From assembly GCA_030615175.1 (NCBI GenBank), contig JAUWZX010000001.1, forward strand, positions 199,840-263,839: DNA of 64,000 bases. The letters are read 5' to 3'. Every line of letters begins with the position of its first letter. Position 1 is the stretch's first letter. Below are positions 10,041 to 18,144 of the stretch, in pieces. The notes under the pieces are model-generated. The model was not told the DNA's origin. It was given only the letters and a program-made list of their open reading frames with translations, and searched no databases. Source of the DNA: Candidatus Parvarchaeota archaeon (GTDB lineage: Archaea; Nanobdellota; Nanobdellia; WJKC01). The position numbers were made by a program, and so were the translations under genes.

Positions 10041-10043
10041 TTT

Positions 10044-10670
10044 ATGAAGGTAACTGTTGGAATTGCCGCATTTAAGGATTACCCAAGGATGCATGAAGCT
10101 AGATATAATATAATGGTTGACTTGGCTAAAGGTGGAAAGAAATTGCTTGATTTAGGTGATATTAATTCATCCCCCCTTGCTAAGAAATTGAAGAAACTTT
10201 TTCAAACAACAACACTTGATATTAGGAATGGTGCTGACATAAAGTGTAATTTGGAGAAGGGTCTTAAACTAAAGCAGAAGTTTGATGTGGTGATTGCCGG
10301 CGAATTACTTGAGCACATTTATCATTTAAGGTTCTTACTTAATGATTTAAAAAAGATTTTAACAAAGGATGGTAAGTTAATAATTTCTGTTCCAAACGTC
10401 TGCAACTTGAAGTCACGGATTAAAGTATTAATAGGGAAGCTGCCAACTTACTGCGCTGACGCTGATGAGTATGACAGGGACATAGGAGGCCACATCCGCG
10501 ACCTTAACTTATCTTACATGAAGAGGATACTTAGAGAAGAGGGTTATGAAATCCTTAAAATCAAGTCAGGAGGCCTCTGGTATAATAATAAACTAATTAT
10601 TCCTCCAAGACTGTGCAAGCCAAGTTTCGGGGATAACATTATACTCAGTGCTAAGGTGTTAAGAAAGTGA
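10044..10670 (+). CDS. Class I SAM-dependent methyltransferase (type 11/12-like)
   Basis: KLLDLGDI...FDVVIAGELLEHI...DGKLIISVPN. The first ~10 codons resemble a GT2 N-terminus (see findings). Confidence 0.6.
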   Translation: MKVTVGIAAFKDYPRMHEARYNIMVDLAKGGKKLLDLGDINSSPLAKKLKKLFQTTTLDIRNGADIKCNLEKGLKLKQKFDVVIAGELLEHIYHLRFLLNDLKKILTKDGKLIISVPNVCNLKSRIKVLIGKLPTYCADADEYDRDIGGHIRDLNLSYMKRILREEGYEILKIKSGGLWYNNKLIIPPRLCKPSFGDNIILSAKVLRK

Positions 10671-11524
10671 AAATGACTGTTGGAATCGCTGCTTACAAGG
10701 AGCCGAGAATAACTAAGTGCTTGAAAGCAGTTCTTAATGAAGGCTTAAAAAATCTTGAAGTTATTGTTGCATGCCCTGATGATGAAACCGCATCACTTGT
10801 TAAGAAATTTAAGACAGTGAAGTTGATTAAGGAGAAGCGCAAGCAAGGCAAGCCGGCTGCAGTGAACAAGATTTTAAAGGCAGCAAAGGGCGAGGTCATT
10901 ATCCTTACTGACGCTGACATGATTATTCGCAAAGGAAGCCTTAAGAGACTCGTTTCACACTTCAAGAATAAGAGTGTAGGCATTGTTAATGGCCGTCCAG
11001 TAATCACTAATAAGCATGACTCAATGCTTGGCTTCTGGGGTTACTTATTATACAACCTTGCTCATAAGCGGAGGCTTGCAGGCGTTGCGCACGTCACTAC
11101 TAATTTATGCGCTTTCAGACGAGGACTTGTTAAAAGAATTCCAGAAGAATCACTGGTTGATGATTACATTATTGGACTTGAATGCTTAAGAAAGGGTTAT
11201 AAATTCGTTTATGAGCCCAGAGCAGTTGTCAGCGTTACTTTCCCAAACAATACCAGTGACTTCCTGAAGCAGCGCGTCAGGACTTTTGCCGGTTACATGC
11301 AGGTTAAGGACTGGTACGGGGAGTCTGAAAGAAGTTTTTCAAGCGAGGTAAGGAAGGGTGTTAAGAGCGTGTTCTCTTATCCTAAGAATTTAAAGGAATG
11401 GTTCTGGCTTGCATTACTATTCATTTACCGCTTAAGAGCTTGGCTTGGCGCTTACTACCTTTACAGGATTAAAAAGAAGAAATTATCTGAAATCTGGACT
11501 CCTGCTGAAAGCACTAAAATATAA
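10667..11524 (+). CDS. Glycosyltransferase family 2
   Basis: TVGIAAYKEP...LEVIVACPDDETA...VIILTDADMII (DxD). Confidence 0.65.
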   Translation: MKMTVGIAAYKEPRITKCLKAVLNEGLKNLEVIVACPDDETASLVKKFKTVKLIKEKRKQGKPAAVNKILKAAKGEVIILTDADMIIRKGSLKRLVSHFKNKSVGIVNGRPVITNKHDSMLGFWGYLLYNLAHKRRLAGVAHVTTNLCAFRRGLVKRIPEESLVDDYIIGLECLRKGYKFVYEPRAVVSVTFPNNTSDFLKQRVRTFAGYMQVKDWYGESERSFSSEVRKGVKSVFSYPKNLKEWFWLALLFIYRLRAWLGAYYLYRIKKKKLSEIWTPAESTKI

Positions 11525-11539
11525 TAATATTTATAAGAT

Positions 11540-13201
11540 ATGAATTATGTGAAATCCTTAATGCGCTTGAAATTATTACACGTTTTAATAGTGGCTTACT
11601 TCATTTTCTTATTCATGAATATTAACCCATACTACCTTGACGCTGATGAGGGAAGCCATGCAATGACTTCAGTATTCTTCCAAAGATTAATAATTGACTG
11701 GTTTCAGAACCCGACAGTATCGCCTGGAAGCGTTTACGGCTACGCTAAATCATATTACGTTCACTACCCTAAATTCTCATTCATTTACGGACCATTATTC
11801 CCATTAATGTCAGGATTCATCTTCTTATTCACTGGTCCTTCAATAATTATTTTAAGGATTATTGAAGTGATATTAAGCACTGCTTCATTAATTATTTTTT
11901 ACTATGCTTTAAAAAATTTATGGGATGAAAGGGTTTCACTGCTGGCAACATTATTACTAGGCACATCCAGTTTATTCATTAATTACTCATTAAAAGTAAT
12001 GCTTGACGTCCCATGCTTTTTCTTCTTCATCACTGGTTTTTACTTCTTCACAAAAGCCCTTAAAATTTTATCCTTTAATGCTAAAGCGAAAGTCCTGCCC
12101 ATGCATAAAAAAACCATAAAGCAGTTCTTCCTTGCAGGATTATTCCTGGGCCTCAGCATCCTGACAAAGGAGATTGCCTTAATATTCACTCTTGGTTTAG
12201 TCATCACTGCACTCATTAATTACAAGAGAATTAGGGTGGTCGGGTTGCTGTCAATGATTCTGGGAGTGCTAGTCTTCACGATTCCTTACTTCACCTTCCT
12301 TTACTTCACGCAGGGAGGGCTTGATGTCATATTATCATATCCTTTAAGGCAGGCGTATTATGGAGCTCAAGGCAATGACCCTCAATGGTACGAGCCTCTT
12401 GGATGGATTTACTTCTTATTAATAACAACTGAGAACTTCTCAATAATATTCACTATTGCATTATTATTATCAATTTATTATTTAATTAAGAAGAGGGATG
12501 CATTAAGCAATTTATTAATAACTTTATTCTTAATTACTTACCTGTCAATCACTTTAATTAATGATAAGAATCCTAAATTAATGTTTTTAGGGCTTGGTTA
12601 CTGCGCAATAATTGTCTCGCTTGGCTTGAACAAGTTTTTCAAGCATTACCGTAAGAATAATTACAGGTTCATGACTTTATTCATAGCAGTGTTAATACTT
12701 GTTATTGGATTTCCATTCAATCATTCAATGCCTGTTATTCCAATGGCAGAAATATCAATGGAGTTAATTAATAACTGCCCTAACTGCACAGTACTAGTGG
12801 CATCAGAGACTGGAAGAGTTTACAGCAGTTACTTAATGTACGAGTCATTAATAAAGGATGAAAATGCTTCACTCAGGTTCTTAAGACCAACCGCCTTCTC
12901 ATCAATGAATGCAATGGAGTTAATTAACAATGAAGCAGTTAACAGGGTTATTGTGATAGGGAATTATGAATTCTTAAAGTCAAGTGATGAAGTCTCATCC
13001 TATCTTCATAATGTTGAATACATAATTAATAAGTATGATTTAATCAGTGTTCATGATTCAGACATTGTTGGGAAAATATTCATTTATGATACTAAAATTA
13101 ATGAAACAAGGAGTCCTCCATACTGCGTTACTGCATTAGGAATTAATAAAGGATTCTGCACTGATTATTATAACCCTATTGACGCGCTTAAAAACTTATA
13201 A
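11540..13201 (+). CDS. Polytopic membrane protein, probable GT-C fold glycosyltransferase (ArnT/PMT-like)
   Basis: ~12 TM segments. Acidic DADEG motif in the first extracytoplasmic loop (YYLDADEGSHAM). Genomic context in the Agl locus. Confidence 0.4.
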   Translation: MNYVKSLMRLKLLHVLIVAYFIFLFMNINPYYLDADEGSHAMTSVFFQRLIIDWFQNPTVSPGSVYGYAKSYYVHYPKFSFIYGPLFPLMSGFIFLFTGPSIIILRIIEVILSTASLIIFYYALKNLWDERVSLLATLLLGTSSLFINYSLKVMLDVPCFFFFITGFYFFTKALKILSFNAKAKVLPMHKKTIKQFFLAGLFLGLSILTKEIALIFTLGLVITALINYKRIRVVGLLSMILGVLVFTIPYFTFLYFTQGGLDVILSYPLRQAYYGAQGNDPQWYEPLGWIYFLLITTENFSIIFTIALLLSIYYLIKKRDALSNLLITLFLITYLSITLINDKNPKLMFLGLGYCAIIVSLGLNKFFKHYRKNNYRFMTLFIAVLILVIGFPFNHSMPVIPMAEISMELINNCPNCTVLVASETGRVYSSYLMYESLIKDENASLRFLRPTAFSSMNAMELINNEAVNRVIVIGNYEFLKSSDEVSSYLHNVEYIINKYDLISVHDSDIVGKIFIYDTKINETRSPPYCVTALGINKGFCTDYYNPIDALKNL

Positions 13202-13224
13202 GTATGTTTTAAGTCAAGAATTTT

Positions 13225-15636
13225 GTGAAATTTAAATTAAGAATTCATCATTTAATCATTCTCGCATTATTATTAGTCGTTTTCAGGGTTTACTTGTTGA
13301 AATTCATTTACTTAATGATATTGCCAGGATTCTGCATATTACTCTTATTATCATTAAAATTTGATTTTAATAAAACGCTGTTATTATCGCTGCCAGCATC
13401 AATTATCTTATACATTTATCCATACTTCCTAATAACAAGGTCGCTCTTCCCTATTCCTGTCTTTATTTACTTCCTAATTCCTGCAGTGCTTGCTTACATT
13501 GTTTACAGGAAGAGATTATTCACTCTTGAGTTTAAGAGTATTATTGACTTTAAGTCACTTTTTTACATGCTGCTACCAATCATTGTTTTATTAATTATTT
13601 ATTATCCTTACTCAATCAGGAGCGAGATTTCATTAACTGCTGGTTCAAATGTTTTATTATTCTTAAAAATTAATGCAGAGCGAATAATTAGTGAAGGAAG
13701 AGTTCCGATATGGACTCAGGCGGAGTACGGCGGCAGTCATTATTTTTACACTTACCCTCCATTAGCTCATGTGAGCACTGCACTCCTTAATGCAATACCA
13801 ACTGAATCAATTAATTATACGATTAATCTGACTATCATCATCCTGTATCTTTACATGTTATTCGCTGCTTACATGCTTTTTAATTACTTAGGGCTCGGGG
13901 ATGACGCTTCAATTCTTGGAGTTTCAATAATGATTGGCGTTCCAATACTGGCCGGTGAAGCAACTTTTTCAGGCAATATTACAATGGTTTACATGTTCTC
14001 TCTTTACCCTGCAGCGGTTTACGGTTTCTTAAACATTTTCAAAAAAAATAATCTTAAGGAAATCCTGGTACTTGCATTAACAGTTGCTGCATTCATGACT
14101 GTTTATCATTACATTGGTTACTTCATGTTACTGCCGGCATTCTTTACCTTAATCCTATACCTTATTTTCAGTAAGCCAAGGAAGGAATTATTTAAGAATT
14201 CATTAATTTTCTTCACAGTAATAGCACTCTTGTTCAGTGCATGGTTCATTCGTTACTATCTTACAAAGGATTTTATTTCAATTAAGGGCTGGGAGGGTTC
14301 ATGGAATACTCCTTTAAAAGACTTTGATGAATTCCTGAGTTATATTTCATCAACAGGTCTCGAAACTGATGATGTTTATAAACAAGTAATTACTTTCACG
14401 CCGCTCTTCTTCTGGCTTGGGATTGCTTCAATGTTCCTGTTATTAAGAGTTAAGGGCAGGCGATTTCACTTTTTAGGCATTGACTTGTTATTATTCACTT
14501 ACTTTGCATTAACATTTTTCTTAATAATCTGCGAGATATTCCCATTCCACGTATACCTGCCTTTAAGGATTAATTATTATCACGTATTTAAGTTCTGGGC
14601 AGTACTAGTTCCATTATTTGCTTTCAGTATTGCCAGATTATATGAGAATTTAACTGGTTTTTTTAATTTCAAGCCATTAATCTTCATTGCATTCATTTTA
14701 ATGTTCTCATCAATGATTGCATTATCTTCAGAAAATGTTTCTAACTGGCTTCACGAGGATACAATTATAGTTGAGGATAGATTAAGCGGATTAAATGATG
14801 TGCTTAAACAGTTACCTGACAGGGTTGCATTATTCGGCGGGTTTGGACCGGGATTAATACCTTCAATACAGAACTGGACTAAGAGTTTAATGATGAAAGG
14901 TTACGGTTACCAGCGCCACAGCCCCGCATTTGTTTACGAGAACCTGCTTGAACCATTCACTGAGGCAAGCATGGATTACATTAAGGAAGGCACTCCGCCG
15001 TTAAGAATGTATAATTCATTTAAAGTATCAGGCACTAATACAATTGTCTTATTCACATGCGACTCTAAAGGCAGTAAGGCTCTTAATGTAATAACTGCTT
15101 ACCCTGGTTATGAATTAAAAGCGCGAAGCGACTGCCTTACAATATTATCATTAGAGCCTGCAAGCAGTCTTGTTGAGAAAGTGCTTCTTACAAGAGTGAC
15201 TGCAGGTAATGAAGTAAGGAAAACAGTGCTTAATCATTCAGGAGGTTATAATCTGGTAATGCCTTATTACGAGCTGGATTCAAATGAATACGGGTTTGAG
15301 GTTGATGAGGATTTCATACTAGCAGGTAATTATTCATCAATTAATTATGAAACAAATGAACTTTCCTATGAATTCCTTAGTGATGAGTCATTAATGATTA
15401 ATGCAGTGCCTGGATGGATATTATTTAAGGGAGGTTACTTCCCAACAATGCATGCTTACCAGAGCGGGAAAGAATTATTAGTTACTCCTACTTTTCACGG
15501 CATGACTCTTATTAAATCATTAAGTGATGAGTCAATAACGCTTGTGCACAGCCCGCATTACTCAGAGACTATTGGATTACTCATTTACTTAGTATTCATT
15601 GCATTGTTATTAGTGATTTATTTACGCTGTAAATAA
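13225..15636 (+). CDS. Large polytopic membrane protein with ~250-aa C-terminal soluble domain and final TM (STT3-like architecture, no WWDYG)
   Basis: 803 aa; ~13 N-terminal TM helices, long hydrophilic C-terminal domain, terminal hydrophobic helix LLIYLVFIALLLVIYL. Function not assignable by eye. Confidence 0.35.
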   Translation: MKFKLRIHHLIILALLLVVFRVYLLKFIYLMILPGFCILLLLSLKFDFNKTLLLSLPASIILYIYPYFLITRSLFPIPVFIYFLIPAVLAYIVYRKRLFTLEFKSIIDFKSLFYMLLPIIVLLIIYYPYSIRSEISLTAGSNVLLFLKINAERIISEGRVPIWTQAEYGGSHYFYTYPPLAHVSTALLNAIPTESINYTINLTIIILYLYMLFAAYMLFNYLGLGDDASILGVSIMIGVPILAGEATFSGNITMVYMFSLYPAAVYGFLNIFKKNNLKEILVLALTVAAFMTVYHYIGYFMLLPAFFTLILYLIFSKPRKELFKNSLIFFTVIALLFSAWFIRYYLTKDFISIKGWEGSWNTPLKDFDEFLSYISSTGLETDDVYKQVITFTPLFFWLGIASMFLLLRVKGRRFHFLGIDLLLFTYFALTFFLIICEIFPFHVYLPLRINYYHVFKFWAVLVPLFAFSIARLYENLTGFFNFKPLIFIAFILMFSSMIALSSENVSNWLHEDTIIVEDRLSGLNDVLKQLPDRVALFGGFGPGLIPSIQNWTKSLMMKGYGYQRHSPAFVYENLLEPFTEASMDYIKEGTPPLRMYNSFKVSGTNTIVLFTCDSKGSKALNVITAYPGYELKARSDCLTILSLEPASSLVEKVLLTRVTAGNEVRKTVLNHSGGYNLVMPYYELDSNEYGFEVDEDFILAGNYSSINYETNELSYEFLSDESLMINAVPGWILFKGGYFPTMHAYQSGKELLVTPTFHGMTLIKSLSDESITLVHSPHYSETIGLLIYLVFIALLLVIYLRCK

Positions 15637-17020
15637 CTAATAACGCGTTCGACGGGTCAGGGTAGGCCTGTATTGGCATGAATGCCTGCGGATTCAAGTT
15701 ATAAGTGTAATCAGGATGCTGCTCGTAAACGCTTACAACAATGTATTCAATGTTTTTCTCAAGTATTAATGAATAAAAAGCAGTTTCATTGCCCGGGAAA
15801 GGGCTGGTACTAACTTCACCGTAATAAGTTAGTTGAGGCAGGCTTTGACCAATAATGCTGCCAGCCCCCATGCTTTTTAAGTACTCGCCTGCAAGTTTAA
15901 TATTATCATAAGAACTTGATGCAGCATACACTCTTTCATAACCAGTAATTGAGTTCTCAAGCACTGTGAGGAATGAAAAGCCAATCAGGAATACTGTTAA
16001 AAACCTCTTGTTTTTAGAAAATAAGTTATAAACAAGCATTATTCCAACAACTCCTGCAACACTAATGAATGGCAGTAAGTGTATCAGGAATCTGAACTCC
16101 TTTACCTGCGTTACGAAAGAGTAAAACAGTAAGAACACTGCAAGATTCAATAAAACGAATAAGTTATTCTTCTTATTAAGTTTAAGCAGAATCCCGATTA
16201 AGCCGAAACCAGCAAGCAAGCCTATTATTACGCCGTAATTAATGAATAAAGTGCTGACGTAATAAAATGCGTCACCTGCCTGCGACCCGCCGGTTGACTC
16301 TAAATTAAATCTTAGGAATTCAAGCGCTGAATTCAGCGGGTTGCCGTAAATTATTAATTCATAAACTCCTAACACTGAGAAGCCTATAATGAATCCAAGT
16401 ATCCAAACGTAATTCTTTGGTTTAAAATTCTTCATTAATGCCAGGTACGCCATGTACACGAGTATTAATACCCCGCTCGTAAATCTGATATTAAATGCAA
16501 ATCCAAGAAAGATTCCTGAAATCATGTTTAATTTCCAGTTCTTATTTAAACTCTTAATGAAATAGTAATTACTTGTTATCAGGAAGAATGCTGAGGGAAT
16601 GCCTAATAATATCCTGAACGAGTAGAAGAAGAACACCCACTGAGCACTCGTAATCAATGCTGCTGCCAGAGCATACCTTTCACTGTATAACTCCTTTACT
16701 AATTTATAAGTCATGAATATTAAGCCAAGTGAAAATAATGCGTTAATCGCCCTAATCCATAATTCATTAAATCCTATTGGCATGCTCAGCGCAGTAAGTA
16801 TTAATGGATAGAATACGCTTCTGCCTTCCCACCATCCAGTGGTTGGAGTGCCTTTGAAGAAACTCTTAGTCATTAATAGGTACTGCGTTTCATCCCACCA
16901 TGCTGCCTGATTAATTGTTATTAATGCAAACCTTGATATTGCAGCGAATAATAATATTAATCCTATATAGAAGTACTTATTGCTGATTATGTCGTTTAGT
17001 GTTATTTCATCACTGCTCAT
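15596..17020 (-). CDS. GT-C fold glycosyltransferase of the ArnT/PMT_2 (GT39/GT83-like) family
   Basis: AAWWDETQY in the first loop (DE motif of the ArnT/PMT family); ~11 TM. 41-nt convergent overlap with the upstream plus-strand gene. Confidence 0.6.
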   Translation of the reverse strand: MSSDEITLNDIISNKYFYIGLILLFAAISRFALITINQAAWWDETQYLLMTKSFFKGTPTTGWWEGRSVFYPLILTALSMPIGFNELWIRAINALFSLGLIFMTYKLVKELYSERYALAAALITSAQWVFFFYSFRILLGIPSAFFLITSNYYFIKSLNKNWKLNMISGIFLGFAFNIRFTSGVLILVYMAYLALMKNFKPKNYVWILGFIIGFSVLGVYELIIYGNPLNSALEFLRFNLESTGGSQAGDAFYYVSTLFINYGVIIGLLAGFGLIGILLKLNKKNNLFVLLNLAVFLLFYSFVTQVKEFRFLIHLLPFISVAGVVGIMLVYNLFSKNKRFLTVFLIGFSFLTVLENSITGYERVYAASSSYDNIKLAGEYLKSMGAGSIIGQSLPQLTYYGEVSTSPFPGNETAFYSLILEKNIEYIVVSVYEQHPDYTYNLNPQAFMPIQAYPDPSNALLVIYSVNKSLITMQ

Positions 17021-18108
17021 ATGAATACCCTTGATATTATGAATGCCAGTGTGCAGAAAATGCCTGCAATACTCATCATGAATGGTGTTATATATTTTTC
17101 TTTCTTAACTAATTTCATTCCAATATGAGTCCATGAGTAAATCTTTTCATGCTTTGACTTTAATGTTCCATCCTTTTGCAGCACTCCAAGACTTGACGCC
17201 TGGAACTTAACTCTTGCCTTGAGAATGAATTCAATAAACCATGGAATGAACGCTATTAACGCGAACTTTTCTATGTTGCCTATGATTACGCTTGCAGCGA
17301 AACTTGCGCCTATAAAGTAAGTTAATGAATCTCCTGGCAGGAACTTTGCAGGATGCTTGTTATGATACAGGAATCCTATTAATGCTCCTGTTGTTATTAA
17401 TGCTATTATTGCTCCTTCAATATTACCATACAGTAATGCGTAAACACTTGTTGAGCCCAGCAGTATTATTCCAAGCCCTGCTTCCAAGCCGTTCATTCCT
17501 GCAAGCATGTTAGCAGCGTTTGTGCAGAAAATAATTATTAACGGGATTATTAGTAACGGGTATATTAATCCTAAATTTAATTCTCCAATGAAGGGAATGT
17601 TTATTATTGAAGTTCCAGCGTTCACAACCATTAATGGCACTATTCCAATAATTGACAGTAATAATTTATCCTTCTGCCTTAATCCTATCCGCGTATCATT
17701 CTCGCCTTTAAGGGTTTTCCTTTCAGGCTGTATTATCAAGTCATCAAATAATCCTGTTAACAGAGTCATTAATAAGGTCGTTGTTATCCCTGCAAATATT
17801 AATGTAAGGTTTGTTGGCGCTCCTGAAATGAATGTAGTGTATGCCACGTACATTAATATTCCAAGCAGTGAACCTATCACTACTGGAACGCCTCCTGACG
17901 TTGCCATTTTAGGGCTTCCCTGTTTCTGCACGTCCATTGCCACTAGCCCTATTAATTCAAATTTTTTCTTAATATGAGGTGTTATTAGCAGGGTTACTGT
18001 TAATGCAATGAATGAAGAGCCGAGCAGTGAGCCGTACCCGCCTATTATTAGGAATATTGCTCCATAAATAATTGCTGCAGTAAAAATTAATTTTAATTTG
18101 CCATTCAT
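17017..18108 (-). CDS. aglH: UDP-GlcNAc:dolichyl-phosphate GlcNAc-1-phosphate transferase (AglH / Alg7-DPAGT1 homologue, MraY/WecA superfamily)
   Basis: FCTNAANMLAGMNGLEAG closely matches the eukaryal/archaeal GPT motif NAINILAGINGLEAGQ. DD pair in GLFDDLIIQ; 10 TM. Confidence 0.8.
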   Translation of the reverse strand: MNGKLKLIFTAAIIYGAIFLIIGGYGSLLGSSFIALTVTLLITPHIKKKFELIGLVAMDVQKQGSPKMATSGGVPVVIGSLLGILMYVAYTTFISGAPTNLTLIFAGITTTLLMTLLTGLFDDLIIQPERKTLKGENDTRIGLRQKDKLLLSIIGIVPLMVVNAGTSIINIPFIGELNLGLIYPLLIIPLIIIFCTNAANMLAGMNGLEAGLGIILLGSTSVYALLYGNIEGAIIALITTGALIGFLYHNKHPAKFLPGDSLTYFIGASFAASVIIGNIEKFALIAFIPWFIEFILKARVKFQASSLGVLQKDGTLKSKHEKIYSWTHIGMKLVKKEKYITPFMMSIAGIFCTLAFIISRVFI

Positions 18109-18144
18109 TAACTATTAAGGTTAATAGGCATTATTTTTTAAATA

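Noticed and set aside
10693-11007. 104-aa minus-strand ORF within the GT2 gene, and similar short antisense/overlapping ORFs (4345-4527, 18876-19089, 19446-19673, 20003-20218, 21372-21560, 21847-22416, 24697-24882, 26310-26534, 26622-26930, 27077-27307, 27552-27833, 28371-28586, 29944-30732, 31324-31647, 32080-32283, 33002-33259, 34437-34718, 35202-35444, 37806-38006, 38517-38747, 41328-41857, 43441-44006, 44405-44704, 46077-46529, 49805-50140, 50489-50680, 51572-51757, 53459-54115, 57356-57562, 58372-58746)
   Set aside because: All are nested within or antisense to longer ORFs with clear homology-type motifs; none has recognisable motifs. 41624-41857 overlaps the tRNA-Trp gene.
17325-17977. 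Plus-strand ORFs (62 and 156 aa) listed in the ORF track inside aglH
   Set aside because: They are antisense to a well-supported gene, low-complexity (poly-Leu), and lack start context. Treated as frame artefacts.
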